Shown here one piece after another: positions 11,236-23,246 of a stretch of 42,033 nucleotides of DNA. The notes beneath the pieces were generated by a model. It was not told the DNA's origin. It made no database searches and saw only the letters and a program-made list of their open reading frames with translations. This DNA comes from Dimargaris cristalligena (lineage: Eukaryota), in the NCBI GenBank assembly GCA_003614675.1, contig ML002321.1, forward strand, positions 1 to 42,033, in the 5' to 3' direction. Positions within the stretch are counted from its first letter, which is position 1. Each line of letters opens with the position of its first letter. Both the position numbers and the translations under genes were made by a program.

Positions 11236-13235
11236 ATGAGCACCCATTTACCTCGCTCATTATGTGTGAATTCACGGAGAATCGCGCTGGTCTGCGCAGG
11301 TAAAACCGGTCGTCCTTCTGAGTAAGTGGCTCTATATAATTATAGTAATAAGACGTGCCTATAGGAATAATCGACCCGACGTACCAAATACTCTCTACCA
11401 GTCCAGGGTTTAACTCTAGCCTGATTAAGGCTTGGTCCACACGATTCCTTTATAAACCATATTATCAGAGCCAACAGGTCCAACGGGCCCATTTTCAGGC
11501 GCCGTTTTCTAGCGTCCGAAGGTTCGGTTCGGCTATGGCATTCTACTTCGATGGCCCAAACTTCGGAGAAACCGAAACGGTTACAGAAAGCCAAAGAAAC
11601 GGCCCAACAGGTGCTACATAATGCGAAATCCACAGTGAGTATCCCCCTCCCCTCCAATACAGCTCGAATCCGTCTAACTTATTTCATCTGCCCGAATCAA
11701 CACCCATCGCGTTAAGCGCTTCCCCTCTGTGCGGATCGTGTAATTGATCTCTAACCCGTGGCTCTGCTCCTTTGGTTATTCCTACTTTTGTTTTACATAC
11801 CCCTCCCTCTCCATATCCATTAATCGTCATGACCAGCTTCAAGACATTCCCCTTAAAGAGAATATTTATACAATTCCAAATTTTCTGACGCTCAGTCGCT
11901 TGGCATGTTCACCCTACATCGGGTATTTGATTGTCCAGCAGCAATACGAATGGGCTCTCATCGGTTGCTTGGCTTTTGGAGCCACCGACTTTCTGGATGG
12001 TTACATTGCCCGGCGGTTTAAAATGCAATCGGTCGTAGGGTCGATTCTTGATCCAGCAGCGGACAAGGCCCTTATGACAGTTCTAACCGTGTCCTTGGCC
12101 ATGGGCGAATTGCTTCCATGTAAGTTACAGATAGTCTGATTTCATTTTTGAATGGACATATGCTGATTGCCTTTAGGACTGTTTTTCCAGGTGTTCGAGG
12201 CCAAGCTTGTATTACTGGACTAGATTTCCGGCGAATGAAAGAAAATGCTGCAACAACAGATTGGGTATATTCTAATATTTCACGTCGCACCTTTTTTGCC
12301 CCTTCTAACCTTCCGAATGACTGGGTTTCATACATGATTCGCTCGTCCTCCCATCTACCATTGTGGATTCTCAGTACCGCTTGCCGCGCTTATTTTAGCA
12401 CGCGATGCCGGACTCGTCATTTCTGCCTTCTATTACCGGTACATATCCCTCCCCCCGCCGGTAAGTTGCGTCCGTATCGGTACTCCTAATGCATACATTT
12501 AACCCAGTGGAGCCAATATGGTCTAAATGGCTAATTATCTAGACCCATGAACAGTATTCCAGTGAATGGTAGCGTATACTAACCCTACTACGACGAATTC
12601 TCCGCATGCATATTTTTACTTTCATCTGTACACCAGAAAACCCTCGTCCGGTATTTTGATTTTTCCCTGCCCTCGGCCGAGATCCATCCGACCACTATTA
12701 GCAAGGTAGGTTGCTCATTGAAGCCAAATACATTAATTTATTTTACTTCAACCATCAATCACTATTCATATATATCGACGTGCCGCTAACACGTGTGCAT
12801 TACGATGGGCTAATTTTATCCATAATCACCTGTTATTTTAATCATATTTGTGTGGACCCCGGCTTTGTCGGATCAATGTTCTGTAACACACCAGATCAAT
12901 ACCGGTCTCCAATTAGGTTTAATGGTAGCATCGCTGGTTTCGCCGGTATTCGGAGTTGTAGATAGTCATTTCTTAAAGGCGTTACAGTAAGTAACTGGTT
13001 GGTTTTCTTTTATAGATTGATGCTTGCTTGCATTAAATTGGAAATTAGAAGCTGTCAATCGTCTAGAGAAAACTTACCATTGGTCATCGTTTTGTATATA
13101 CTTTACCCATCCCATCCATGTAGATATACCGTTGGTGCTACAACAGTCATGTCCGGCTTCAGTTACATCCGGTCCAAAGATGCTGTCAAAATTCTAAGCC
13201 GCAAGCAGCAAGTGCCGAAAGATCCCCAACCATGA
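11236..13235 (+). CDS. CRD1: Cardiolipin synthase (CDP-alcohol phosphatidyltransferase), 297 aa with a mitochondrial-presequence-like N-terminus
   Basis: Exons 11236-11321, 11469-11634, 11837-12119, 12375-12460, 12637-12705, 12895-12986 and 13124-13235 join in frame. Motifs: ENIYTIPNFLTLSR, TDFLDGYIARR...GSILDPAADK, LILARD, RYISLPPPKTLVRYFD, PTTISKINTGLQ. The first two exons are less certain. Confidence 0.92.
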
Positions 13236-13989
13236 CCTCGATCGACTCATTCCAAGCCTCAAACAAAGGACTTGCATTATAAAATTTAGATTCAAAGCTG
13301 TAATTGGTTAAAATCCTTTTCCATTTTGTACTCTAAACCCCCCTGCCCTTAATATTTATCTAAATATATAGATACGTGGATAATGCATGCTATATACTCT
13401 ATTAAATACATCGGGGAACATATCCGTTACTTAGGTGGTTATTATTTGGAACAACTGGTCATAAGTACGGTTTTTATTCTGGGTCGAAACACACTGACTG
13501 ATGTCTTTATATATGCAACCCTGTCAGTCGAGTGTAAGTCTAGCCTAAAACTCGTTGGTATCCAGCAAGATAAAGGGTGTCTATGAAAATGTGGGAGGGG
13601 ATGCGGGGTTTGGAAAGATGAGTGAAACAATAATACAAGCCCAAAGTATATAAAAAATATACGACGAACAAGAACATTATACAAGGTGGAAGAAGCAGTA
13701 GAGTGGAAGTCTAGAAGCAAAACAATGGTGGCAAAAAATAGTGAGGCTAAATACTCTCTAAGATCTATAGAGAGAAGATGAAAGATGACCGTATTAAAAA
13801 GGGTACAAAACCAAACATAATCGAATGCAATAGGAATGGGATATATTCTATATCTGTTATAAAACGAATACGAAGGCGAAGATTGTCAACAAGCGCGTCT
13901 ACTCTAAAGAACCTACGCGTGTGACTTAACAGACGGGAGGCGAACCGCGGGGCTCAAAAGAGGAAGGTGGGAGGGGGAAACGGACAGTA

Positions 13990-16176
13990 TTACTTGAGCC
14001 AAAAACCGCCGCTCTCTTGAATGGCCCGAAGCAACTTCTCCTCCAGTTTAGCGGGCGTTGCGTAGTTGTACAGCCCCAACTGGTTGAAGCAGGTATGGGC
14101 GACCGGGAACCGATCGCTGTCGGCGCCGTTTCCGAGGCAGGTGATTTGGAAAGTGAACATTGGGGTTCCGGCCACGGGCACGCGGTCACTCCCGGTCACG
14201 AACACCAGAAACTGGCGCTGGCGCTGGCCGTCCCACGATTCGAGGAGGGCCCAGAACTGGGCGATGATCGGATCGTGTTCGGGGTCGAACCCGTGGTAGA
14301 CAGTGACGGATTTGAGCTGGTCCCAATCAATGGATTCGGCCGAGCTGCCGCGGACCAGGAGTTCGATTTCCTCGGGATGGAACAGGGAGAGGGCGTTCCC
14401 ACCGCAGACCAGGTGGAACCCCCGGCGAAAGGGGTCGAATTGACGGGTCACTGATTCATTGAGGACAAAATCAATGTAACGGCGTACGTAGCGGCCCCGG
14501 TTGGCTCGGGTGACGGGGGTATTGACGCCGTCGGGAATAAGGGGGACGGCGTGCCGGCGGCCGTAGATATCCTGGTCGGCGGTGAAAGTTAAACCAAAGA
14601 CCTCCTCGATATCGTCGCCGGGGTAGTCGAGCAGTTGACGCAGGCCCCGGGCCAGCGACGGACGTAGCTCGCGGAGGTCCCGGAGGCCGACGGAGGCGTT
14701 ATGCAGTTTTTTATAGCAGGCGAGGGGAAAGCGGACGTCTAGAATCGTGGAATTATAGATGGCCAGGCCCAACACCACACCCACTAAAAAGTACTGGTCG
14801 CTGGTCTCTAAACTGGCGGGGTTGAACCAAAACAGCCCCGACTCCTCGTCCAGGGTGAACATACCGTGCATGGGATTAAACAAATCGCGCAATAGTAGCA
14901 TAAACCATTCTTTGGTTAGACCGCCGGCGTCGACCCCGGCTTCGTCGGCAAATTTAACGTGGAGTTTCTTTTTTAGGTCCGTTTCCCGGGCGGCCAGCTG
15001 GTTGAGCGAGTCTTCCAGGACGCATTGCCGGCGAACCTGGAGGGACAAAAAGGGTTCGGTCTGGCGGTTCCTCAGGATATTGGTCATCAGGGCCTCTTTA
15101 ATCTTGGAATCCATCTGGCGCCGGGCATCCAGGCGCATGATTTGGAGTTTGGCCCCCATGGTGATCAAGGTGGGGTATTGGCAGAAGGCGAACTGGCCTG
15201 AACGCTGCTGCCAGGCATCGTAGTCGGCGGGCAGGTCCACAAAATCGACCATAGAGTTGTAGAAGTCGGGGATGGGGATACTGACTTGGCGTAGTTTGTT
15301 GGCAGCGAACAGAAGGGACATCACCCGGGCGGCGGCCTTGAAGCACCAGTCGGACTCGTAGGGCATAGCCGACCGAATGGTCCCGGCGGCGGTCAAGCGG
15401 CGGTATTTGGTCAGGCGGTGGGTGATGAACTGGTTGACCCATTCGACGCGGCTCCGGAATAGGGCGAGGGGCAGCTGGGAGAACCAACGGACCAGATCAT
15501 GGTGCAGGGAATTGCTGAGACAGGAAAGGAGCCCCAAGAGCCGTTTAGTGATTTGGTGGTGATAGGCCGTTTCGCGGGGAAAGGTGTATTGGACCAGGAG
15601 GGGGTTTTCGAGTAGAATAACGAGGACCCGTACCTCCTCCTTATGGCGCAGGGTGCGGGAGGGTCGCCGAAGTAGGCGTTCGATAGCCCGCATCATGGTG
15701 CGGACGTAGTCGGGCGATAAATCGAGGATAAGCCGGTAAGCGTCACGCACCTCGGCTAGGGCCACCCCGGGGTCTTCGGAGGTGGTCGGGCGACCGTTGC
15801 CGAAGCTATGGTTGAGACGGTCCCAGTGGGAAAAGGTTTCCCCCAACAGGTGTTTGAACTGCCCTTGGCTAAGCTTGCCCCGCCGGTGGTCCTCGAGGGC
15901 CTGGCGTAACACAGCCAAGGTCAGGGGTTGGTGGCGTTGCTTCTCGGCCGCGGCCGGGTCCCTGTCGTGTAAGTCATTGACAGTATCACAGACGGTGCAG
16001 CGGAAACAGGTGGAGCCCATTGGGTAGCGGAGCTTGCAGTCACAGCACATGCAAAAGGTCACGGTGGTGTCGGCGTGTTCGGGACTCCCGGGGGGGCTGG
16101 CCAAGGCAGACAGGTCCAGTAAATCGGGGGGCGATGTGAACCGCTTCCATTGAGCCGGGCCGCGAGTTTGGGCCAT
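13990..16176 (-). CDS. HECT E3 ubiquitin ligase, Hul4/HECTD2-like
   Basis: Intronless ORF, ATG at 16176. HECT motifs: FAFCQYP, LQVRR, DLKKKLHVKFADEAGVDAGGLTKEWF, GLAIYNSTILD, FVTGSDRVP, PVAHTCFNQL (catalytic Cys). N-terminal Cys cluster CMCCDC...FRCTVCDTVNDL. Confidence 0.93.
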   Translation of the reverse strand: MAQTRGPAQWKRFTSPPDLLDLSALASPPGSPEHADTTVTFCMCCDCKLRYPMGSTCFRCTVCDTVNDLHDRDPAAAEKQRHQPLTLAVLRQALEDHRRGKLSQGQFKHLLGETFSHWDRLNHSFGNGRPTTSEDPGVALAEVRDAYRLILDLSPDYVRTMMRAIERLLRRPSRTLRHKEEVRVLVILLENPLLVQYTFPRETAYHHQITKRLLGLLSCLSNSLHHDLVRWFSQLPLALFRSRVEWVNQFITHRLTKYRRLTAAGTIRSAMPYESDWCFKAAARVMSLLFAANKLRQVSIPIPDFYNSMVDFVDLPADYDAWQQRSGQFAFCQYPTLITMGAKLQIMRLDARRQMDSKIKEALMTNILRNRQTEPFLSLQVRRQCVLEDSLNQLAARETDLKKKLHVKFADEAGVDAGGLTKEWFMLLLRDLFNPMHGMFTLDEESGLFWFNPASLETSDQYFLVGVVLGLAIYNSTILDVRFPLACYKKLHNASVGLRDLRELRPSLARGLRQLLDYPGDDIEEVFGLTFTADQDIYGRRHAVPLIPDGVNTPVTRANRGRYVRRYIDFVLNESVTRQFDPFRRGFHLVCGGNALSLFHPEEIELLVRGSSAESIDWDQLKSVTVYHGFDPEHDPIIAQFWALLESWDGQRQRQFLVFVTGSDRVPVAGTPMFTFQITCLGNGADSDRFPVAHTCFNQLGLYNYATPAKLEEKLLRAIQESGGFWLK

Positions 16177-17680
16177 GTTATACAGAGCGAGGGGCAAAAG
16201 TAGGGTGGGGAAGCCTTTTTGCTTAAAGAAAAAGAAACAGCAGGTCGGAGCTGCGGGGGAATGCTATAGTCATAGACAGACGTAAAGAGGGGAGTGGTTT
16301 AATAGGAATAATAGCAACAGTGAGTGGAATCGGGGAAAAAGGACCCGGAAAAGGTCGGGGAAAGACGAATGGGTGTGTTGGGTGGGCTATCGTGGCGGCG
16401 ATGGGGTTCAAATAACAGCAGGGGAACTATGCCGATAGGGAGGGGGCAGCACCATGCAGAAAGCCGCCCACTTATGCGAACGGTCGACCTTTCGAATAGC
16501 TGTACTGTACTGTAGCCCAAAACCAGCTGTCGTACCAGTCATACCTTCCCAAACAGCTGCCACACCCCCGTACAACTCGTCCGGATGATCGGCTGGTGCC
16601 ATAGGCCTGTTGATTTTACTTTTCAATTTTTAAAGCAAATGGTCGACCCGTTAACTACACGCTATAGTGTTTTTCCGGTGCATTTTACTTTGCTAGGTTA
16701 AAAGTCCGCTCACCCCTACTCGGTTGAGAAAGAGTATCTCTACCTAACCCAGCCGATGTATTGCGAGACTTTAAGCACGGAACCTTCAACTTTCCCATCC
16801 ACTGCTATGTTGTTCTCCAATGGAGTCACCTGGCCCAGTGTGGCAATCCTACCCAAGTCCAGAAATAGCGCACATGATGTATCGAGACCACCACTCAGTC
16901 AAATCAATTTCCACCTTGATCAGTCCCCATCACTAACCAGTCCTGCTTATAACAATGGTATGGTCTAACCAGGGGGATTACCCCTCCTTGTCACCTTTTG
17001 CACGTCCAGGGAGCACAATCCAACATGGTGAAAGCGGCGACAAAATTATGGGCAAAGCACTGGCTGTCCTCCCAACACTACGCCCAGGCCGGGAATTACA
17101 ATGGCCATCAAGTTGGTTTTTCTGGAATTTGAGTTTTTTGTTTTTATAGACAAATGTTTAATTACTACTTTATCAATAATTAAATGTCCCTGGAAGCATG
17201 TGTATAATTTGCTATTTTATGCCCCGACGTATTTAGTATGGCCGATAAGGCGTGTAATTAACTACCGATTGCTCTCCGGGAGGTGCTTTTCGTCTAGGAG
17301 GCCAGGTAACATCCTCGCCACTTGGACAACGGGCTTCTTCTGACGGTTGTACCAGTTCCCCGTCCCTATTCCCACTGTCACTGAGCCCGCTACACAGAAC
17401 CAGCCACTCAGATGCCTCTACGTTTTTTTTCTTGCGCTACTTGCTTATTTTTGTTAGTCCGCTTTCCACCAGGCAAGGAAAGGCATGGTCATAGATGGGG
17501 AAGGAGGGGGTGCTTTATAGGGGAGAGGTTCAGCTAGACTGTATAACGAAAGATCCGATTGGCGAGGCTATCACTTACTGGTTAAAAATAGCCAATTTTC
17601 CCATACACATATCATTCAAAATCCTGTGTAGTGGGGTTGGATCTCGCCCATACCCCAACCCCCTGACCCACTCGATAACC

Positions 17681-19932
17681 TCAAAGACTCGTTTCGTATT
17701 CGACGGCCCAGTGGCGGATAAGTTGGTGGGCGATACTATACGGCGGCGCCAGTCGTAGCTCAGTCGGGGCCGCCTCAGAAATATCCGTTGGGGTATACTT
17801 TGCAATAGCCGCCTGGACATCCTCCCGCGTAAACCACTGGGCATCTACAAAAATCAATGCAACATGGTGATGCGCATATCGCAGAGAGCGTTGTATTTAA
17901 ATATATGGGGAAAATTCAAACCAGCTGTATAAGGTTTTACAATATACGTGTATGGGCAAATATATGTGAGAATAGCTTTTAACCAGTAATCTTAGCCTCT
18001 TCCAATGGATTTTTCATTATACAGCCTGAATGAACTTCTCCCATATTGTAATCCAGTTCTACTAGGATGTGTCCTGTAAAAACAAGTTTCAGCTGACAAC
18101 GTAACGAATACACCTACCTTCCAGTTCCTATAGGCCCAATATTGAAATTCGGGTTGTGGATATGGTTTAGAGCGGAGCAATGTAGTTAAATTAGATTTTT
18201 TTTTACAATACTTCTATACTAATAATCGAACAAAGGGTTCCATCTAAATATCGTCCTACTATAACCCTCAGCAAAATTCTAGTGAAAGGAGTAGTCAGTC
18301 CTCGCGCTTACCGTGTCCTCGAGGACAACCCTCTCACTCGTGGCCTGGGCATAGAAGCCAACCATAAGGTTATTGGGAAACGGCTGAATATATACAATGG
18401 CAAATAAAGTAAAACATACCCCCCATCCAGCTTTAGAGTCGGTTGGTAACAGCTACTAAAGAAGGTTCCAAACTCGGCTGCTCGGTACTCTATGCAGCCA
18501 TGATCGGTATTTTCTCTCCGGTACGATGCCCAAAAAACCTTCCCTAGAACTAGGCAAATAGATACCTGGAACAATGAAACCAGAGAAATAATTTACTGTA
18601 CCCAGGGTTGATTGCCGAAATAGAGCACCGGACCAACAGCCACGCCGGTTTCCTCGAGTACTTCCCGACGGACCGCCGCTTCCAGGGTTTCCCCCGGTTC
18701 GACAAACCCGGCCACACAGGTGTACCAGCGGGTGGGAAAGCTAACCTTGCGTCCGAGTAGAATCCGGCTTCGGTCGGGGGACAGCACGCAGACAATAACA
18801 ACCGGGTCAGTGCGGGGGTAGGCTGAGTTATGGATACCTCGTCGGTTGACGCAGGGGGGCTTAGCATCTTGTCCCGTAATTTCACCGGAAACCTCGTCCG
18901 GCGGGCATATCCGTTTGTACCCCGCTTCCTTGGAAACTAACGGCGGATGTAGTGTATACACGGTAATTTAGGCGGAGGAAATGAGTGTGCCACAGGACAT
19001 TGTCGGTGGGTGTAAAGGGCGCTGATTCCATGAGCCAGTTACTAATCACCCTCCCTAGGCTTAAAAGGCGTATAATGTGCGAGGCTCGGTTAACTTACCG
19101 GTGAGTCTGCCACAGCTAGGGCAGTATCGATTCCGATGGTTCCAATCAACCTGGATTTTTACAGGACAGTCACCAAAATGCGGGTTGTTTAACCGAATAA
19201 GCACTTTTCAATATAGTACGAGGGGTCGATAGGGAGGTAAGAAGGGGGAAAAGGCCATCCCAGGCCATCCCAGGCCAGACCAAGTGACCCGAACCAGAAT
19301 TAACCGGCTGGGCCTATTGATTGCACCAGCCCACTGTAAATCTATTTGTAAAACACATCACCTAAAGACAACCATAGCCTGCTTACCATGGCCGATGCCT
19401 GCGCGAACAAAGTGCTATCCATGGCATTAAAGTGGAACGCTACCGAGCGAGCTTCGCTAAACCGATAATTTCCCTGTTGCATAGCCGTGTCCAATAACTG
19501 GGCAGTGTTCTTCAAAGGACCTTCTTCTTGGGCCTGATAGACGGGATTCACATCAATTGCCCAGTAAACCGGTTGATTGGCGTAGTAGGCAGGTAAGTCA
19601 ACTGCCAAGTAACTATCCCCCGTGGGGTGTTCGGCATCGTCAATACCCAGGAGAACCCAGTCCTTTAGGACCACTTTAGGCTCGTGGCTCCCCGGCCCGT
19701 CGAAGGGATTTGCAAACCACGTCAAGATGTCAGAGGCTCCAAAGTAGCCCAATGTGTGGCCACTCTCCGCAGCTGAGACGGTGTTGCTGCCTCGGAACAA
19801 AAGGAACTGGGCCCGGGGACTGCTGAAAAGCTGTTGGAGTAATGCCGGATTGCTACGCTGGGGACTGATTCTAAAGTGGGTGTTAATCGCCAACCCAAAT
19901 ATTGGGTTAGCATCGGGGACAGGCCAAGCCAT
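17681..19932 (-). CDS. NPY1: NADH pyrophosphatase / NAD-cap decapping Nudix hydrolase (NudC/NUDT12 family), 392 aa
   Basis: Exons 19932-19387, 19150-19099, 18936-18602, 18383-18312, 18127-18118 (10 nt) and 17844-17681 join in frame. Motifs: DWNHRNRYCPSCG zinc knuckle, YPRTDPVVI, Nudix box AGFVEPGETLEAAVRREVLEETGV, NQPWPFP, ELEDAQWF, IAHQLIRHW. Confidence 0.95.
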
Positions 19933-20851
19933 ATTAACCCATTAGATACCTAGTACCTGATGAAGTAGCGCGGGTTGATAAACGGGGATCCTGTGGACAC
20001 CGTAACCGCTGTATTCCACGACTGTGCTATTCGCAGAGACTCCCTTCCCCATTAGGACTCTTTGTAGTATCCCAATACACAGACGACTGTTGGTGTATTG
20101 TTATGTCGGGGTTTACCGCCCCACCTACCTGTTCAGAGTAGCTCCCGTAAAAGCGCCGGTAGAGGGGTCACAACTATTCGAACTAGGCGCCAGTCGAGTC
20201 CAGGAGTCAAGCAGCTGGCGGTAGAGAGTCGCTCGGTTGCGCAGGGCCATGGAGCTAGTCGGTTATTAAACGCCGGGACCGCCTGGAGACGGGGAGGAGG
20301 CAGGACAAGCTGGTTAGGTGAGGGGTTGGTTGGTTGAAGTACAGTTAGTTAGACGAAATTAAGAATAGACTATAGGACGAGTTGGAAATGCACGGAAGGG
20401 TAAGGAAAGAGTGGTTTTGGAAAGACCGCAATACACCTGCTGACCAAGCCAAGATGTGGGAGGGATACGTGTTGCGACATTAAACCGATAAAGGGCTGCG
20501 TAAGCCACGTGTAGAGCGGCGATATTTCCTCAGCCTAAGTTAAGGCACAGCAGGCCCGTCACTACTAGATATAAATGGCAGCTTCAAACTGAAAGTCCCA
20601 GTCCAATTCGAACAACCAGGCCCGAGCTTGCCTGGGGTGTGGTGCGGAGGCCATAAGGTAGTTGAGCATCGGGCCCTTGGGGAATGGCTATCCATCTCCT
20701 TCTTTGCTTTATTTACTGCCTCTTTCCTCTCCCAAGTCTGCTATAGTGCCTTGTCTGCTTGCCTATTGAACGTGTTGACCACTCTCTCCGGCTGCCCACC
20801 CGATTCCCCCCCATCCTAACCCTCCGTCCGCGACTTTTGTGTTCCTCCCCC

Positions 20852-22923
20852 ATGGCATTTCGTGGACCGACGGTTGCCCTGTGGTGCGTACTCTGGTTCA
20901 GCCTACTGTGCCCGTGGTTCGTACAGGGGCGGTTGGAACTAGTGGCCCTCCACGATTCACGGCCTACCATCCCATTGGTCCAGTTTGGCGTGAAGCCCGG
21001 GGGCCAACTCCGGCTGTTCCTGCAGGACTTCCAAATCACCGGACCGGCTCTCGCCAGCCCGGAGGCGGTCTCTATACTTATGCACCACGACTCGACCCCC
21101 GCCCGGGCTAAACTCTATCTAACGGGCTCTAAAAAGGACGACGATTGCCCATTGAACGACCCGGCCCTCGCCAAACTCGACGGGAGCGGCCGGCTGCTGC
21201 GGTTTCCCCTCGGGGCCCTGGACCTGGCGGGTGAGTGGCGCTATGAACACAACGTCACCGCGGCCGACCACGGCACTTGGATTGCCGCTCTGGTCAATTG
21301 TAACCATGCCCAGACGGCCCTCAGTTTTAAATTCCACACCGAAAATCGCAATCCCGGCAATAATCACCTGAGTGCCGGCGATATTCCCCTGCCCCGCCTG
21401 TACCTGGGGGTGGCCATTGCCTACCTCGCTCTAGTCGCCCTCTGGGTGCGGACGTGGTACAGCGGCAACCCGAAGCGGTCCCCCGTGCAGTGGCACCATA
21501 AGCTGATTCTGGTGTATCTTATCCTGGTTGCGGTCGATAAATTCTTGCAGAGCTACCGGTACGCTCATTTAGCCGAGGGCCGGGAAACCGACGTGTGGAT
21601 TGTGGGTTTCTACGTGTTTGCATTCCTCAAGGGGATTCTGGGCATCATCATTATTACCATGATTGCGTCTGGATGGCTCTTCATCCGCCCCTTTCTCACC
21701 TCTCGGGACAAGCAAGTTATTTCGTGTGTCGTGCCCCTACAGGTATGTGGATTCATTCAGCAGATTTCGCTTCTTGAACCGCTAAATGTGTGCTAATTAT
21801 CTTTGCCGGATTGTTTAACCCAACCAATGCCAGCACTCAAAGGCTGGCCGACTGATCATTTCGTAGTATATCCTCTGACACCGCTTACTCTAACCCATTT
21901 CGCATCGACCACTTTTGAACTCCCATGCTCCTACCACCACCAGATTCTTGCCAACATCGCCCATATTGTGCAAAGCGAGACCCCGCTAGGTTCGATGGAA
22001 CGGTCAACCTGGACCCGTATTATCCCCTTTGTCGATTTTGGTGCATTTCTGGTCATATTATGGACTATAATCCAAACCCGGAAACATCTCTACCGAGCCT
22101 CGCAGATCGACGGAAAGGGTAAATACTGATTACTGTTATGTCCACATTGATCATTTTAAGATCCTTCCAAGGCCGTCTTAGTTCATCTTCGACAGCCATC
22201 TGCTCGTTCGGAGTTTAGGATTGGGCCAAATCTAACGAAATATCCCTTCCGTATTTTATGTATTTAATATTTGTCTGGAACAGCGGCCGAGAACCTCCGC
22301 AAGTATAAGATATGGGGGACTTTCTACGTGTTGACGCTGGTTTATCTGTACGGTACCCGGATTATCGCCCAGTTACTCAATGTTTCGCTCCCCTACCAGT
22401 GCGTGCGGTGGGTCAGTGAACTTATCGTTGAGGTGACCAGTATTTTATTTTACATCGCCATCGGGTAAGCAATTATCGAACCTGTATAACCTTGGAAATG
22501 ATCCGGCGCATCTCCCGGAACCTATGCCCCGGGCCGGTGTCAAGACAAACCATACTGGTATATATTGCCCCAATATCGGGGCCAATGGATCTGTCTCATT
22601 GCACACCACTATGCTAACCGCCAAACCCACTATGTGATCATACATTGTATCTATCCCGGTTTCTATCTTATTATTATTATTATTTGGGGTGGGGGGATTT
22701 TCTTCCTATTCGTAGTATGAAAATTCGACCATCGTCGGCTGCTGACTATGGTTTACTAGATGATGGGACCACCGAGGACAATGGCCAAGCAACATCGCGT
22801 CGTCGGGCTCGCGAATCCGATGAATTTGCATTGGATGATCCGTGGCAGGACCATAGTGACAATTTGTATATTCCTCTGCAGGTGTCTGGGGATGCCTCCT
22901 CTTCTCGCCGGCCTATCCGCTGA
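20852..22923 (+). CDS. GPR107/GPR108-like GOLD-domain seven-transmembrane (lung 7TM) Golgi protein, 484 aa
   Basis: Exons 20852-21742, 21944-22118, 22284-22464 and 22716-22923. Signal peptide followed by NPGNNHLSAGDIPLPRLY, IASGWLFIRPFLTSRDKQVISCVVPLQILANIA, ASQIDGKAAENL, FYVLTLVYLYGTRII, GMKIRP. Confidence 0.88.
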
Positions 22924-23246
22924 AGCAACCGTCGGATTACCATTTTGCAGCCAAATCAAATTAATACACCATCCTATTTCCGGCCGGTATGCTCATAGTT
23001 GTACAATACAATGGCCTTCCGAAGCACCCTCTCAAGTGTGGATTTTATTTTGCACTGGTTCTTCAGCGATATTTATTGAATCAGTCAATGGGGGTGATTT
23101 AGAGGCCTCCCAAAATCCAAAGCCCAGATTTAGCAATAGTTTGAAAAATAGATGGTATTACATCCCTAATAAACGAATTCGCCCCAGCTCGGAATATACA
23201 TTGGCTTAGCTTATCGAACAGTTAAGCCGGCTATGACTAGGGTCGA

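Noticed and set aside
19253-19277. Short tandem repeat (GGCCATCCCA)x~2.5 in NPY1 intron 1
   Set aside because: Simple local duplication with no spacers or other structure.
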